DNA of 64,000 nucleotides, taken from Guillardia theta CCMP2712 (taxonomy: Eukaryota; Protista; Cryptophyta). The stretch covers positions 207,298 to 271,297 of the forward strand of contig NW_005434636.1 of the NCBI RefSeq assembly GCF_000315625.1, in the 5' to 3' direction. The notes beneath the pieces were generated by a model that saw only the letters and a list, made by a program, of their open reading frames with translations, searched no databases and was not told the origin of the DNA. Positions 62,043 to 64,000 of this stretch are shown here, piece by piece. The first letter of the stretch is position 1; each line of letters starts with the position of its first letter. The translations under genes and the position numbers were made by a program.

Positions 62043-62762
62043 CGCGGCTCTTCGTCGGTACGAACCTGAGGCGGACTCTACCGCAAGTTTCAGTGCCGCT
62101 GGCCCACTCCGAATTATCGCCGGGGCCCGTGGGTACAGTACCCCTACCCCTTCGATGGGGATCAATCTCAAATAAACACTCACAGAAGGCTGCCCTCACT
62201 GGCTGAATTTCATATCTGGGCTTCTAATCAAATAGCTGTATCCTCTGGTGTATTGACAAAAAACCCCGGGGACCACAAGAGAAATTTCGTTTGTACCCCT
62301 ACAAGCAAGGGTGGGAGGATGCCTCTTCGGTGGTCTCCTCTGAAAGGTCGTTGTCGATTCGCAATGGCCTTCGCTGGACCCATGCGCCACTTGCTCCAGG
62401 TGAGATGTCAATGTCGTACTCCAGTGCTCCTACTCCTCTACATGCATATCTTTCCACACACTTCCTGATCATTGCCCATTGTATCTGCATCAACAAGTTT
62501 CTCGTGGAATTTTCCGTGCCCTCTCATTCGCAGCCTTGTGGGGGTTGTTTGGGGTACCGTCTGTAGAACAATCCTCCTTCTGTATGATTGTCTTGGTGTA
62601 TAGAATTCGTTTTGTTTTCGTTGTGAAGACTTCAAATGCTATTGTCATCGGATTGTTGACGAGATTATGCAAACTGACGCCATACAAATTTCTTTTTCGG
62701 GGGTCCCTTGTTTAGTTTAGCACATGTTGCCGTGAGCAAGCGCATTCTAATGCAGATAACAG

Positions 62763-63571
62763 GAGGCCGAAGAGGCTGCCGCCGCAACGGAGCCCACCGT
62801 CACCTTCCCTGATGACTACCCCAACTCCGTCAGGCACTTTCTCCTCATCGGATTCTTGGGCATGTTCATCGGAGCCATTGTGTTCTTCTACATGGGTATC
62901 TCCCGCAAGGTCAACACAGTGATGCACGTCCTCACCTTCTTTATCGCTGCTGTTTCTGCTTGCTCCTACTATGCCGAGTGGGCTGGTCTCGGTGTCGAGT
63001 ACAAGACCACCGACACCACTCCCCGTGTCATCTTCTGGGCTCGCTACCTTGACTGGGTTGTCACTGGACCTGTAAGATATTATTCTCGCATGCTGCAGTG
63101 AGCTGACTTTGTTTTCCTCAGCTCATCCTCACTGACTTGGCTCTCCTCTCCAAGTCTGACACCCCCACCATCATCTCTTTGGTTGGCAACATGGTCCTCT
63201 ACGTCATCTGCGGCCTCATTGGAGCCCTCACCGTGGCCCCTTACAAGTACATGTGGTGGGTTGCCGGACTGATCTTCTTGATCATCGTCTTCATGCTCCT
63301 CCTCCAGCGCCTCAACAACGCTGAGGGATATGGCGGAGATGCTCTCAAGGGCTTGACCTGGCTCACCATCCTTGTGTGGATTGTCTACCCCATCGTCTGG
63401 ATTGTCGGATCTGAGGGCACTGGAGCTTTGGGTCTTTCCCAGGAGGTCGGCATTCTCACCATTGCTGATTTGATTGCCAAGATCGGCTTCGGCTTCTACC
63501 TTTTGGCCAACGTTGATGCTCCTGAGTCTGAGTCTGTTCCCCTCAACCAGTCCTCCCAGCAGTACGTTTAA
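62763..63571 (+). CDS. Type-1 (microbial) rhodopsin with DTD motif; first exon not resolved
   Basis: ARYLDWVVTGP-LILTDL across the 50-nt intron 63072..63121; helix F WIVYPIVWIVGSEG; helix G EVGILTIADLIAKIGFG with retinal lysine; seven hydrophobic segments. Confidence 0.95.
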
Positions 63572-64000
63572 GCTGTGAAACATCTTTCACTGCGTTGTTA
63601 GAGCAGATTCTGTGAAGTTACTCTTTAAAACACGAATTTTTCGAAATGTAGTTTTGTTCCTGTTCCTTACGATCTTGTGGCATCATCGCGGCGGTTCGGC
63701 CCGGCGTGACCTCAGTTCACAGAGTCTATCTGACGAATTATTTAACAGTGTAAAGAGTCTTCTTGCTGATTTGCTCCGAAAGTCGTGCGGTGGTACAGAC
63801 TGACACATCACAGAATTGAATATCACGGTGGCGCGCCGTGTCGGATCGGACGGTTATCCGGGGCGGCGCCGCCGCAGCCTGCCGCCGGGCCGCGTGAGGC
63901 CGTCCGGCGTTCAACGGTCCGGAGTTCGGACCACTGTGACAACGGTGATGGCAGCCGGGCCCACCTGGGAGAGAGATCACTCAACTTTCAGCCTCAGACC

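Overview
Gene-dense eukaryotic nuclear DNA with short (~50 nt) GT-AG introns, microsatellite-filled longer introns and two assembly gaps. The style and gene set suggest a cryptophyte alga such as Guillardia theta (inference). Recognisable genes: 5' part of an organelle-targeted alpha2-type glycyl-tRNA synthetase, a GOLD-domain protein with an (A)nKKAEEE tail, thiamine pyrophosphokinase, a PNUTS-like PP1 regulator, a WD40 protein, an intronless Myb + HNH endonuclease, cystathionine beta-lyase, a stand-alone cNMP-binding protein, an FLVCR-like MFS transporter, an A20-type OTU protein lacking its catalytic residues, a ciliary-type coiled-coil protein, two tandem EF-hand paralogues (one with an EML-like WD40 region) flanking a tRNA-Val(GAC), a RAP-domain protein, a pseudogenised single-domain voltage-gated channel, two unknown proteins and a DTD-motif microbial rhodopsin. 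The best leads are the Myb-HNH gene (possible mobile or viral origin), a ~100-nt structured cassette present three times in a gene-poor 4 kb stretch, the G34 tRNA-Val, the rhodopsin with unusual helix C/D residues, and the pseudo-deubiquitinase. Spans of multi-exon genes include introns and were assembled by eye; several start codons are uncertain. No database search was run.
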